IMG/VR virus record: IMGVR_UViG_3300045988_088117 | Span: 1 to 43,392 of that record | Reading direction: 5' to 3' (one strand) | DNA from: a virus | Length of the DNA: 43,392 nucleotides | Shown: in pieces, positions 31,601 to 40,787 of the stretch | Layout of the letters: the number at the start of each line of letters is the position of its first letter | Position numbering within the stretch: position 1 is the first letter of the stretch | Notes under the pieces: model-generated | Database searches by the model: none | Seen by the model: only the letters and a program-made list of their open reading frames with translations | What the model was told of the DNA's origin: nothing | Made by a program: the position numbers and the translations under genes

Positions 31601-34600
31601 TCAGCGCGGCGACCATTTCCGGCGTGCCGGCAAGTCCGAGCTTTTCGCTCAGGGCGTGACCGATCTCATGGATGACCACATCCACCCGCGACGCGCTCCT
31701 TGCGTCAACGCCCGCGTAACCCACACGGCTTTGGTAATATCCGCTCGCCCCATCCGGCACACGGCTGTCTCCCAGCTTGATTCCAACGCCAAGAGCTTTG
31801 GCGAATCGCTTTGTCGCGGAGTAGATGTTTTCGCCGTAATTGCTTCCGGTCGGCTTGCTCTTCCCTTCCGCCTGCTCAACCTCAACCCCGCGGTACGTCC
31901 GTTTCTGTTCGCCTTCTGCGCTCTTGCCGACATCGCCCTCCATGACGCCCTTTGCCGCCCGGCGGATCTGCGCCCGATCCTGAGGTTTCTCAACCGGGGT
32001 TCTCATGTCGCGGTAGGCCTTTCGCCTCGCCATCATCGCATTCATGATGTCTTCTTCCGGATGCAGGCTGGCTTCGTTCATGTACCCGCCGCTTTGCTGT
32101 GCCAGATCGACATAAAAATGTCCGTCAAGCGGCGTCGCGCCGCGCGCGTTCTCGGTCAGGTTCATGGCGTATGCCCGGTTGACCTGCGGAAGCGACTTAA
32201 ACCCGGTCATATGGAGGATTTCACTCTTCTGAGCGGGATTGACATAGACCTTTTTCGTTCTCAAATCGTTGGCGACAGGGGTCAGCGCGTCATATGTCCT
32301 TTGAGCGTTCACCTTGTCCATGTTTTGGGTCAGATAGGCGTTCATATCAGCCGCCGCGTTGGCCTCGTCTCTGGCTTTGGCGTTATCCGTTTCAAGGCTC
32401 AGCTCTCCAAGCTGATTCATAACGTTGTCGATTTCAGATGCAAACACGTTCAGTGCGTCGTCGCTCAATCCAGAAAGACCCTCGCTTGCCTGTTCCTGCA
32501 CGGCATCGATCCGCTTTTGACTGACGGGCTTTCCGTCTTTCAACGCCTGCGCAAGTTCCTGTGCCGCCCGTCCGGCCTTGACAATCTCGTCCATCTGCCG
32601 AATCTCCGGCGCATACTGCTCCTCAAACGTCGTGTCCGCCACAACCTGTCCGGGTCTTCCGCCGTCCGCAGCGCGCGCTTCTTCCGTCTGCACGGTTGCG
32701 TCGTTCATATCATGTGTTCCGGTGAGCTGAACCTCCGCTTCCGGATTCAGATAGTTCTGCGTTTGCTGGCTCGTCTTCTGCTGTTCATTCCGTCCGGTTT
32801 CGCCCGGATAGAGTTCCTCTTCCAGCGCCCAGTCGCTTCCGCTTTGCTGATAAATCCTTTCTTTGGCCTGCGCCAGTTTGATCTGGTTTTCAATCGCGGC
32901 CTTTGTGTCCGCGTCAAGCCCCAGTTCTTCGCTTTGGCTGAGCGCCTGTTCAAGAGAGATGCGTGTCGCTTTGGCTTCTTCAAGCCCCGGCTCTGCAATC
33001 TCGTTTCTCTTTCTTCTCAGCTCGTGCAGTCTCTCGTCGATGCCCTGCATAACGCTTTCGTCATATCCCTGCGCTTCCGCTTCGGCATAGCTGGCGTTCA
33101 TCGTTTTGATTTCGGCGTCAATGTCGGCGATTTGCGTCATCGTCTCCATTTCCGCCACCCATCTGTCCGTGTTTTGCTGGTTTTCTTCCTGACTGATCTG
33201 CGCGCCGCGCGTTTTCGCTTCGTTCAGTCCTTTTTCATAGGCCTCCCTGGCCGCCTGCCGGTGTTTTTCCTCTGTCTCTCTGTATTCGTTCGCCGTTTTC
33301 TGGTTTTCGCTCATGCGCACGCGCGCCGCCTGCATCTCTTTGATCTTTTCCAAATCTCCGTTCATGACGGCATCTGCATACGATTCAAACTGCGTCTTAG
33401 CCGCGTCCGCCGCCTGCTGAGCGGCTTCCGCTTTCGTCTGCGCGGTTTGCTGCATGTCGGTCTGTTTGTTTCCTTCTTCAAAGTTCTGCGCGCCCACGCC
33501 TGCCATGGCCGCCGCAACCGTATTCTGCGCGTCCTGCGCCTGCTGTGCGGCCTCGTTGACGGCCTGCGCAACCTCCGGTTTTTCAAGTTCCTGCGCGAGG
33601 TTTTCCGTGACTTTCGCGATGTTCTCAACCGTCACGTCCGCCTCTCCGTTCAGCATCTTTTCGCTGATCGTGATGCAGGGCGGCGTATATCCCGGCAATT
33701 TGCGCCGAATGGCAAGCCCCATATGGCCGGACAGGCTGAAAATAATGCTGCCCGCCGCGCCGCCGACAAAGCTGTTCGCGCCGTCGGCCAGCATTTGCGC
33801 AGGGTCAAGGCTCGTCAGTCCGCCGAGAACGTCGGAAAACTGCGGTTTCTGTCCGTTGGTGATCTTCTGCGCCACCGGATACATGGCCGCGTTGTACAAG
33901 TCGGTCAGAAGGCTTTCTTCAACCTCTTCCTTGCCTTCGCTCACGGCCGTTTTCGCAAGGTCTTTGGCGTAAAGTCTGGCCTTTCCCCAAAATGTCGCCA
34001 CTTTGGAAGCGTCCAGCCCGGCCAGCTCCATTTCAAGCAGACTGCGCCCGCCATACAGATTTCCCTCGTTGACGGCCTCGCCTTTGTTGACCACCGTGCT
34101 GATGACGGCGGGTCCAACCGCCAGCGCCGCAGAAACCTGTTTGCTCAGGCCGTTTTTCCGATTTTCTTCAAAGCTTTCATTCCATGTCGTCGTACCGTAA
34201 GCCAGCGCGGACGAAGCCAGCCCGCCAGCGCCCAGCGCGCCTGCCGCTCCGGCTGTCGCCATGCCGGCCGCGCTGTATCCGGCGCTCCACGCATAATTGA
34301 AAGCTTTCTGTTCAAACGCGTTGCCCAGCGCCGCGAAGTCCTGGGCGCTCCGCTGAATGTTATCCAGGGCGCTTGTGAAAGCGCGATATCCGTTTCCCAG
34401 CCAGCCCGCGTCAATCTTGTAGCCCACATCGTAAATGTCTTTTGCCCGTGCGATATCGGCCTTGAGCGCCGCGCTCTGCTCTTCGCTCAAAAGGCCGCTG
34501 TCCGCGTATTGCGTGAGCTGTTCACGGTAGATGGCGCGCCCGTTCACGCCGTATTCGACGTTGTAGCTGTTCATGATTTCGTTGCGGTTCGCTTCATAGG

Positions 34601-37373
34601 TCGCCACATCCACCGCGTTGTACACAGCGCTTGCAAAGCTGTCCACATAGGAGACTGCGCCGCCGCCAACGCCCGCGCCGACTGCGGGGAGAAGCCCGAT
34701 CGTCGCGCCGTCGTCCTGCGCAAGCCCTTCCTGCGCGACGGGGTTGTTCAGAAATTCGCTGCCCTGTCTCACCATGCGGCTGTACGCCATGTCTTCCAGC
34801 TGGTTAAGGCTTTCAATGCCGCACTTGCTCAGGTATTCCTCTGTGGTCATGCCCAGCCCGTTGGCCACATCTGCATATTCGTTCAGCAGTTCGTTGGCCT
34901 GATAGGTCACTTCCCGCCGGAACAGGTCTCTTTTCTGCCCTTCCAACCCCTCGGATGCAGGCGCGCTGTCCTGATTCCAATATTCGCCTTCCTCCTGAAA
35001 GTAGGCGGTATTGAGCTGTGTCCGCAGCGTTTGATAGGTCGTGTCCATCCGCTTGGCGCTGCTGCCGTAGATTTTGGCATCGGCGACGCGCTGCATGTCC
35101 TCTTCGGTCGCGCTTCCGGCCGTCACGCGCTGAACGCTTTCTTTCAGCGCTTCTTCGTCAGCCTGCTTTTGAGCGTCTACTTCGCTTTTCTGCTGCCGAA
35201 TCACGGTTTGCTGCGCGTCTTCAATATTATGCATCACGGCTTTTGCATCGTCGTGCGTGCTGATGTAAACGTTGTATGGGTTCTTCCCGCTCGGAATGCT
35301 GACTTCGCCGTTTTCAATCCATGCATCCGCGTCCTGCATCACCTGAATCAGAGCCAGATAACCAGCCCCTGTGGTTTCGTCATCCAGCATGCCGCTTTTC
35401 AGAATGCCGACTTCTTTTTCAAGCCAGCTTCCGATTTCCGTTGGAATTGTTCCCGGCATGCTCAGCGTTTTGGCCTGTTTTTGAAGTGCTGAAGAAGCGA
35501 TATCCGGTAGTGAGGATGTAGCCCCCTCCCGATTCAGCAGCATCCGGCCTGCATTGCTGTCAAGATAGGGAGAAAGCATCTCCTTTTCGTCGTCCGTCAG
35601 CGCTTCGCCTTTGAGATAAAGCGTCATCGCTTCGCCGGGCGTCTGTACAGATTCCCTTTCGCTCGCCTTCGCTTCCACCTGCGCGGCGGTCTGGTCTTCC
35701 ACGCTGGGTTCCTGTGCCTGCTTGCTGACCCACTGTTCAAAGCTCATCCCTCCCTGAGAGACGATCTTCTCTTCCGGGGTCATCTCCTTTTGCCAAACAG
35801 GGCCTTGAACCTCTTTGGGCGCTTCGTCGTAATAGGCCGCCTGCGCTTCATGCAGCGCTTCGCCGTATTCGTCAAGCCACTGCTTCTGTTCCTCCAACTC
35901 CTTCGGCGTGCCCTGCTTTGAGGCCAGCACCAGATGATCCGGGTCGGCCTCTGCGATGCTCTTTCCGCCCTTCACCGCCTCGGCCACGCGGTCATAATAC
36001 GCGTCCAGCTCTTCCGGGGTCAGCACGCTGCCGTCTTCCCGAATCGGCGTCATCTGCGCCATGAAGCCGTCTTCCGGCGCGCCGTATCCGGTCGTCAGCA
36101 CGGTGGAAACGCCGCCCGGCTCGGTGTAGTCGCCCCAGCCCGCCGCCTTCATCGTTTCATAGCTCACCTGCGGGCGATGGGTCAGATCGACGTTTCCGCC
36201 GTTTTCTTCGCCGCCGAACTGCGCCTGCATGGCCTCGCCGCGCGTCTGACTGTCCTGCTGCTGCGTGTTCTCGTCCGAAACCGCAGGGCTTCCGCCGTTC
36301 TTCTTTTCGTTCTTCCTCTGCTCGTCGCCGAAGAAAAACGCTGCAATGCTGGATGTCGGCTTGCCTTCCGACTTGTCGATTTGCACCTGCTGATTATAAG
36401 CGGCAATATCGTCGTCCGTCGGCGCTTTGCGGCCTGTCGTCTTTTCATAAGCGTCATCCAGCGCCGCCCGCAGATAGCGCTTCTCACGCGTGGAATAAGT
36501 GTTGCCGTCATCCGGGTCCTGGATTTCGCTTACCTTTTCCAAATATGCCAGCACGTTGTCCTCGTCGTGCCCGCTCTCTGCGTAAAAGGCTTTGTCGTAT
36601 TCCTTTACGGCGTCGTTGTAGCTGTCCTCGTCGAAGCCCGCGCCGCCCAAAAATGTATTGGCGGTGTCCTCGTCAAACGTCATGCCGTAAAAACGGTTTC
36701 CGGGTGTCTGCGTCAGCGTATACAGCGCCTTGACTTTTTCTTTTCGGCTCGTGCTGTCCGGGTCTGTACGAATGGATTGAATGACCATCGGCAGGCTTGC
36801 GCCGCGCAGGTCAACGTCGTTTCCGTCCGCGTCCATAAACAGCCCGGAGGAAATCGCCTGCATGGCGGAATTGACCGTGGCCTTGTTCTTTCCCGTCTCG
36901 CTGACGGGCTGCGCAAACAGGCGCGTGCCCAGCAGATCTTCCGCGCCGGAGAGCACCGTTTCGCTGTCCTGTTTGCTGTACTTCGCCCAGTCCTTGAGAA
37001 ATTCCGCTTTCGTCGTCTCGTCGTGCAGCGTGGAGGCAAAATAGGCCGCCTGTTCGTTGCTCTTGATCGAAGAGAAATCGACGCTGATATCGTTGTAGCC
37101 CGTATCCGCTTTCGGGTTGCCCGGTGCCATGCCGTCCCGCGCCGCCATTTCCGCGTCATAGTCCGCGATGATCTGCGCGTCCGTCTTTTTCGCCGTCTGC
37201 TCAAACGGGTTCGTCGGGTGCTCGGCTACAACGTGGTGCTTCGTCGCCTGTATCGCCGCCGCCGTGTTTTTGGCGTAGTCGCGCCCTTCGACGACGGCGG
37301 CTTCCTGCTCGCTCATCGCCTGCCGCGCCTGTTCTTCCTCTTCTCTCTTTCTGCCCAATCCCAATCGTGCCAT
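28614..37373 (-). CDS. Giant virion-associated multidomain protein (2,919 aa) with a zincin HExxH motif; putative ejection or polyvalent protein
   Basis: Single uninterrupted ORF with a CAGGAGGG RBS. HEIGH is encoded at 31670..31656 (about aa 1902). A Q/A/E-rich coiled-coil lies in the middle. Contains a GGNVDLTHRP motif. Confidence 0.8.
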   Translation of the reverse strand: MARLGLGRKREEEEQARQAMSEQEAAVVEGRDYAKNTAAAIQATKHHVVAEHPTNPFEQTAKKTDAQIIADYDAEMAARDGMAPGNPKADTGYNDISVDFSSIKSNEQAAYFASTLHDETTKAEFLKDWAKYSKQDSETVLSGAEDLLGTRLFAQPVSETGKNKATVNSAMQAISSGLFMDADGNDVDLRGASLPMVIQSIRTDPDSTSRKEKVKALYTLTQTPGNRFYGMTFDEDTANTFLGGAGFDEDSYNDAVKEYDKAFYAESGHDEDNVLAYLEKVSEIQDPDDGNTYSTREKRYLRAALDDAYEKTTGRKAPTDDDIAAYNQQVQIDKSEGKPTSSIAAFFFGDEQRKNEKKNGGSPAVSDENTQQQDSQTRGEAMQAQFGGEENGGNVDLTHRPQVSYETMKAAGWGDYTEPGGVSTVLTTGYGAPEDGFMAQMTPIREDGSVLTPEELDAYYDRVAEAVKGGKSIAEADPDHLVLASKQGTPKELEEQKQWLDEYGEALHEAQAAYYDEAPKEVQGPVWQKEMTPEEKIVSQGGMSFEQWVSKQAQEPSVEDQTAAQVEAKASERESVQTPGEAMTLYLKGEALTDDEKEMLSPYLDSNAGRMLLNREGATSSLPDIASSALQKQAKTLSMPGTIPTEIGSWLEKEVGILKSGMLDDETTGAGYLALIQVMQDADAWIENGEVSIPSGKNPYNVYISTHDDAKAVMHNIEDAQQTVIRQQKSEVDAQKQADEEALKESVQRVTAGSATEEDMQRVADAKIYGSSAKRMDTTYQTLRTQLNTAYFQEEGEYWNQDSAPASEGLEGQKRDLFRREVTYQANELLNEYADVANGLGMTTEEYLSKCGIESLNQLEDMAYSRMVRQGSEFLNNPVAQEGLAQDDGATIGLLPAVGAGVGGGAVSYVDSFASAVYNAVDVATYEANRNEIMNSYNVEYGVNGRAIYREQLTQYADSGLLSEEQSAALKADIARAKDIYDVGYKIDAGWLGNGYRAFTSALDNIQRSAQDFAALGNAFEQKAFNYAWSAGYSAAGMATAGAAGALGAGGLASSALAYGTTTWNESFEENRKNGLSKQVSAALAVGPAVISTVVNKGEAVNEGNLYGGRSLLEMELAGLDASKVATFWGKARLYAKDLAKTAVSEGKEEVEESLLTDLYNAAMYPVAQKITNGQKPQFSDVLGGLTSLDPAQMLADGANSFVGGAAGSIIFSLSGHMGLAIRRKLPGYTPPCITISEKMLNGEADVTVENIAKVTENLAQELEKPEVAQAVNEAAQQAQDAQNTVAAAMAGVGAQNFEEGNKQTDMQQTAQTKAEAAQQAADAAKTQFESYADAVMNGDLEKIKEMQAARVRMSENQKTANEYRETEEKHRQAAREAYEKGLNEAKTRGAQISQEENQQNTDRWVAEMETMTQIADIDAEIKTMNASYAEAEAQGYDESVMQGIDERLHELRRKRNEIAEPGLEEAKATRISLEQALSQSEELGLDADTKAAIENQIKLAQAKERIYQQSGSDWALEEELYPGETGRNEQQKTSQQTQNYLNPEAEVQLTGTHDMNDATVQTEEARAADGGRPGQVVADTTFEEQYAPEIRQMDEIVKAGRAAQELAQALKDGKPVSQKRIDAVQEQASEGLSGLSDDALNVFASEIDNVMNQLGELSLETDNAKARDEANAAADMNAYLTQNMDKVNAQRTYDALTPVANDLRTKKVYVNPAQKSEILHMTGFKSLPQVNRAYAMNLTENARGATPLDGHFYVDLAQQSGGYMNEASLHPEEDIMNAMMARRKAYRDMRTPVEKPQDRAQIRRAAKGVMEGDVGKSAEGEQKRTYRGVEVEQAEGKSKPTGSNYGENIYSATKRFAKALGVGIKLGDSRVPDGASGYYQSRVGYAGVDARSASRVDVVIHEIGHALSEKLGLAGTPEMVAALKAENASWAKNYTDAEMAGEAMAEYVWRRVLSDEQGRRFAGDAFTDTFDYQMRQSGYDKAFDLYKNDIRKWLNQSTQDRLQSMVVDRTNAKEKETLKEKMMRLTYEFVDSSAPAELINAKIRAETGESTVAFSENLRDAVLLRNKADERALYIIGDGLVARDGSTIIGGSFADAIKDGGLKGKDYKDFELYWLVKDSIDRDKQNKPVFDDGFASNAERRAFIAEKDKTHPEYAKTVDSLLKTWNAFTHEYLVSSGRLDEAGWKYFQSIYPYYAPTYRIKDGDFSLEQAKKAGFSVRQAKGSTELILNPMDSMLEMVGRIVRQDMTNQAAQKLEMLLDTHEGLGEIAHKIETDAKPDKTVQFDPLNGEFGDLIRANADESSADGQNVITVWNDDGSTSKIEILNEPFFRMMANTPDGGKQVTDFIGRGTRAMTFLTTGANSVFGLRNFARDFQNGVNYGTWAKSYLDGAAKWLMTAYRIASGDEAVKGYDALGGNDGRIDTTQKGIKDLRHTLYTTERLFHTSDGKWTPLNMEYFKNYDTSTLAGTAKWAGKKLWEYATLQKPNEFIEKTTRVAEYLYGKHDLTTAEGRAEAYRASQESTVDFGRKGASSIGRGIRNVVPFMNASLQGVYRTGRQFTAQERGQVVSRVMRSVVNTGLFTAVCAGLRAKFLDDEDKEQFAFLSDDLKNGHFFIPNFAPDVFGDAPLIRIPIDQNPLDYFTHAMVFNALESGKGDEFTIDMATTFATMVDSLNPVGSTIFDPIIATQTNKNWYGSRIVPSYMESWDATTQYTEDTPDAFIRLSRFIHSLSGAEISPMMLQYMAQQYTGFAGQVAIPTLGGDSPVTAFTAYAQKMLTSDPLKSNDVVSEVYNANTFLTTVVKAGDNGRELNMLRGDLTPRQAQKAYDVAYDMTHSGGTIYEAKKTISEGYETIKAINARTDLTDEEKYEKSSRIRAKMCELALEVNQEFAKYQEKWVTGESLLTGMLKTLNGGTTIKKQK

Positions 37374-37391
37374 ATTCTGCCCTCCTGCGCT

Positions 37392-38192
37392 TTATCGCAT
37401 CTGACCGTATGTTTTGGATCTGCCGCCGCCCCTGTTGGTATAGGTGACGCTCGTCGAGTGGCTCGACCCCTCGGTGTGCTGTTCGCCCGTCGTGTCGGTC
37501 GTGCCGCTGGTCTGCTGGCTGCCCGTCGTCTGCTGGCCCATCGCCGCAGAAATCGCCGTCAGGTAGTTGCTGTTCCATTCCTTGCGCTGGTTTTCTTTCA
37601 GTTCCTGCACCTTCGCCGCCAGCTGACTGGCGAAATCCGTATTCAATCGTCCCTGCGTCTGGCTGTTCTGCTGCGCCGCCTGCGTGATCTGCTGCTGAAT
37701 CTGCCCGCTCTGCCGCGTGTTTTCGTCTGTCAGCTGCTGCACCGCCTTGGCCAGCGCGTCGCCCTGGTTGGCCAGCGTTTGCAGCGTGTAGCTGCTTCTG
37801 CCCATGCCGCGACCGAGCGCCGCCGTTTCGACGTTCGCGGCGCTCTTTCTGTACGCCGTGTTCTGCTCGTCGATAGCGCGCGTCAGGCTGGCCGCAAGGT
37901 TTTCAAGTTCCTGCTCCTTGCTCAGCTTCGTGGTTTCATAGTTCTGCCGGCTTTCCTCCAGCGCCGCGTTGAGCTGCGGCCGCAGCAGGTTTTCCGCAAA
38001 CTGGTTGATTTCCTCGTCGGTCATGTTGCGCACCAGACCGCCGAGAATCTGGTTCATCAGGTCGCTGTCCAGCAGCTTTTTGGTTGTGCTCTGGCTGTCG
38101 CTCCTGCTCTGGCTTTGGCTGTGCTCTTTGCTTTTGCTGTCCGATTTCGAGCTTGTATCCGTCTCCGTGATCGAAGATACCCTCAGCGCCAT
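37392..38192 (-). CDS. Hypothetical virion protein (266 aa), Ser/Gln-rich
   Basis: Listed ORF in the structural operon. Confidence 0.6.
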   Translation of the reverse strand: MALRVSSITETDTSSKSDSKSKEHSQSQSRSDSQSTTKKLLDSDLMNQILGGLVRNMTDEEINQFAENLLRPQLNAALEESRQNYETTKLSKEQELENLAASLTRAIDEQNTAYRKSAANVETAALGRGMGRSSYTLQTLANQGDALAKAVQQLTDENTRQSGQIQQQITQAAQQNSQTQGRLNTDFASQLAAKVQELKENQRKEWNSNYLTAISAAMGQQTTGSQQTSGTTDTTGEQHTEGSSHSTSVTYTNRGGGRSKTYGQMR

Positions 38193-38196
38193 GTTC

Positions 38197-38373
38197 TCAC
38201 TTCCCTTCCAGCGCGTCTAAACGCTTTTTGATCTTTTCGATTTCCGCGTCCTTGAGCCTGTCCGCGTTCCAGCTGGCCGTACAGAAATCGCGCAGAAACA
38301 GCGCGATGTTCTTCACGTACCCCGCCAGCGTCCCGCCTGTCTCCTGCGGAACCCTCGGCTGCTTAAATGCCAT
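38197..38373 (-). CDS. Small structural-module protein (58 aa)
   Basis: Hand-translated as MAFKQPRVPQETGGTLAGYVKNIALFLRDF.... RBS is GAGGTG. Tightly packed between neighbouring genes. Confidence 0.45.
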   Translation of the reverse strand: MAFKQPRVPQETGGTLAGYVKNIALFLRDFCTASWNADRLKDAEIEKIKKRLDALEGK

Positions 38374-38375
38374 GT

Positions 38376-39863
38376 TTACACCTCATCCAGCGAATATTCC
38401 ACCTGCACCCCGCCATAGATCCGCCATCCCGCTGCCTTGGCGTGGCTGTGCAGTTTCAGCTTCATCCGCACGCCGCTCACCTGAATCTTCACCCGGTAAT
38501 CCGTCCGCCGCTTTTTGAGCAGCACGACGCGCGTCTTCTCCCGCCTTTCAGTGAGGATCGTCACCTCAAGCGGCACGTCGTCCGCGTCCGCGTCGGCGGT
38601 CAGGCGCAGCACAAAGTCCCGCTTCATGTAGGCCTTGCCCAGATCGAGCCACGGCGTTTCCCACAGGCTTTCCATCGGCACGCCCAGATAGCTCCCGCTG
38701 TCCGGGTCGCCGTAGGAGAGCACCTCGTACGGCGCGTCGGCCTGCGTGAAATACACCTTCCCGCCGACGGCGAAAAAGTCCTTGACGCGCATGCCCTTGC
38801 GAATCATAAACGTCCCGCGCTCCGTGTCGTACTCGATCACCGTGTTGTTTTCGCTCAGCACGTCGCCTTCTTTTTCCTTCACGCACAGCGCCAGATAGTA
38901 GATGTGCTCGTTCACGCAGCTTCTCGCCGTGCCGTCCATCCCGTCCATCCGCATGCGCATCGTCTCATACAGCGCGTCGCGGCTGAGCATCCGCAGCGTG
39001 CTTCCGTCGTAAAGGCCGATGCCGCTCTGCGTCAGGTAAAACATGCTCGTCCTGTCCGTCTGAATGCTCTTTTCCTCCACCGGGCCGTCCGTGCCGTAGG
39101 CCTCCGTGATCGTAAAACTGCCGGGGTCCGTACCGCGGATCTCAAAGATCGTCCGCTGCTTCACCGCCAGCAGATACCCGCCGAAGGGTTCCAGCGAAAT
39201 GAACTTGTCCCCGTCCCACGTCGGCTGATTGATCACCCCGCCGCCGATCTCCGGCGTTTCCGGCACGTCCGTCCATGTGAACGGGTCGTAGGGGCGCGAA
39301 TAGAAGATGCTGTCCGGGTATCCCTCCGCGCCCACGCCCCAAATGCGCTCCGCGTGCCGCCCTAGCTTGGCGAATTTTACGTTTTCGTAGTTCTCGCCGA
39401 GCGTCAGCGTCTTGCGCTCCACCCGAAGGTCGCTTCCGTAGACCGCGATCATCCCGTCCTTTTCGTTGGAAAGAATCAGAATGTCCACCGTCGCGCCGCC
39501 CTCCACGGCCTCGTAGGTCACAAACGACCATACGTCGCTCTTGTATCCCTCGCTGCGCTTCACCCAGCCTTCCGTTCCCATCGTGTAGGTGTAAATCGCG
39601 CCGCCTGCCGCCGCCACATATACGTCCGCGTCGTCCGGCCGGGTTCTGCGGTAAAACCGCGCCAGCGTCTCGATGGGCGCGCCCAGCGACGGAAACGCGC
39701 GGCTCGTGCCGTAGCTGGAAGCCAAAAGCCCCCGCTCCGTGCGGATGTTCTCCGCCCGGTACGCGTAGTCCGTGTTGATGTTCGTGTCGCCCGCCGCCTG
39801 ATAAACCCCTTTCGGCGTGGGAATCGTGAATCGCCCCTGATAGTCGCTGTCTGAAATGCTCAT
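38376..39863 (-). CDS. Large structural protein (495 aa), possibly a tail tubular or nozzle-type protein
   Basis: ATG at 39863 overlaps the upstream TGA (ATGA junction). Follows the adaptor-like gene. Function inferred from position only. Confidence 0.45.
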   Translation of the reverse strand: MSISDSDYQGRFTIPTPKGVYQAAGDTNINTDYAYRAENIRTERGLLASSYGTSRAFPSLGAPIETLARFYRRTRPDDADVYVAAAGGAIYTYTMGTEGWVKRSEGYKSDVWSFVTYEAVEGGATVDILILSNEKDGMIAVYGSDLRVERKTLTLGENYENVKFAKLGRHAERIWGVGAEGYPDSIFYSRPYDPFTWTDVPETPEIGGGVINQPTWDGDKFISLEPFGGYLLAVKQRTIFEIRGTDPGSFTITEAYGTDGPVEEKSIQTDRTSMFYLTQSGIGLYDGSTLRMLSRDALYETMRMRMDGMDGTARSCVNEHIYYLALCVKEKEGDVLSENNTVIEYDTERGTFMIRKGMRVKDFFAVGGKVYFTQADAPYEVLSYGDPDSGSYLGVPMESLWETPWLDLGKAYMKRDFVLRLTADADADDVPLEVTILTERREKTRVVLLKKRRTDYRVKIQVSGVRMKLKLHSHAKAAGWRIYGGVQVEYSLDEV

Positions 39864-40432
39864 CTGCAATACCTCGCGTCCGTCACCTCATACAGGTTCC
39901 TGAACCTCGTCACGCTCCCCATGCCTTCCGGCCGAATCCGCTGCATCGCCTGGTAAAAACTGGTCTGATAGAACTGCGCCCGGCTCTGCTTGGCCAGATT
40001 GCCGCTGGACAGGTGCCGGTAGCAGATGTAGTCCGCCAGCGCCGCATGCGCGTATTCCGGCAGCTGCGGTTCGTCATTTCCGTCTTCCAGCGGGTAAAAC
40101 GCCACCTCGCAGACCGCCCGCAGCGTCTGCCCCGCCAGATCGTCCCGCCAGACGTGAAAGCAGCGCCCGCATGGGTCAAGGTCAAAGCCAATGTCAAACC
40201 CGTTTTTGTCCCGCAGTTCGATGACCCGCACGACCGTCAGCCCCGGCACGGGCGCGTTTCCTTCCTCGTCCACCTCGGTGTAAAAAATCCGCCTCGGTTT
40301 CAGGTATTCGCGAACCGCGATGTCGTAGCCCATGTTCGCATACACCCTGAAACTCTCTTCGTATTCGCTCACGTCCTCCGCGTCTTCGTCCAGCTGGCGA
40401 AGCGCCTGCGCGATGATCTGTGAAAGCGTCAT
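39860..40432 (-). CDS. Putative head-tail adaptor/connector (190 aa)
   Basis: The N-terminus TLSQIIAQALRQLDEDAEDVSEYEE resembles gp6-like connector N-termini (from memory). Lies after the capsid gene. Confidence 0.4.
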   Translation of the reverse strand: MTLSQIIAQALRQLDEDAEDVSEYEESFRVYANMGYDIAVREYLKPRRIFYTEVDEEGNAPVPGLTVVRVIELRDKNGFDIGFDLDPCGRCFHVWRDDLAGQTLRAVCEVAFYPLEDGNDEPQLPEYAHAALADYICYRHLSSGNLAKQSRAQFYQTSFYQAMQRIRPEGMGSVTRFRNLYEVTDARYCR

Positions 40433-40447
40433 GGGCTGCGCACCTCC

Positions 40448-40723
40448 TTAAATCACTTTGCTGTCATGCAGCACATTGAAAAGCGGTTTGGGCATGTCCA
40501 CCGTCTCGCCGCGCATGAAATAAAATTTCGATCCGTTCAGGCCGACAAAAACCACGTCGTCGCCGCTTCCCGGAATGAGCGGAATCATGGTCTTGACGGT
40601 CTCGTAGGTCTTGCAACCCGCCGCCGCCATTCGGCGTTTCATGTCGGTTTTGGTCGCTTCGCATTTTTCCCTCAAGACGGAACTCGCCATCTTCATGGAT
40701 TTAGTCGTATTCATGATTGCCAT
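40448..40723 (-). CDS. Hypothetical head-module protein (91 aa)
   Basis: RBS is GAAAGGAGAA. Lies directly after the capsid-gene terminator. Confidence 0.55.
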   Translation of the reverse strand: MAIMNTTKSMKMASSVLREKCEATKTDMKRRMAAAGCKTYETVKTMIPLIPGSGDDVVFVGLNGSKFYFMRGETVDMPKPLFNVLHDSKVI

Positions 40724-40749
40724 TTTGTTGTTCTCCTTTCAAAATCAAG

Positions 40750-40783
40750 AAAAAAAGCGGACGGGCTTTCTGTCCCGCCCGCG
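40750..40783 (-). terminator. Intrinsic terminator after the major capsid gene
   Basis: On the minus strand: GCGGGCGGG-loop-CCCGTCCGC followed by TTTTTTT. Confidence 0.65.
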
Positions 40784-40787
40784 TAAA

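Noticed and set aside
30996-35492. 1,498-aa plus-strand ORF (also 28434..30053, 539 aa, and 35934..38231, 765 aa)
   Set aside because: All lie antisense to the giant gene and its neighbours. Their composition is dominated by R, L, V, H and F, and they have no RBS context. The minus-strand frames have strong RBSs and protein-like sequence. These are stop-free antisense frames produced by codon bias.
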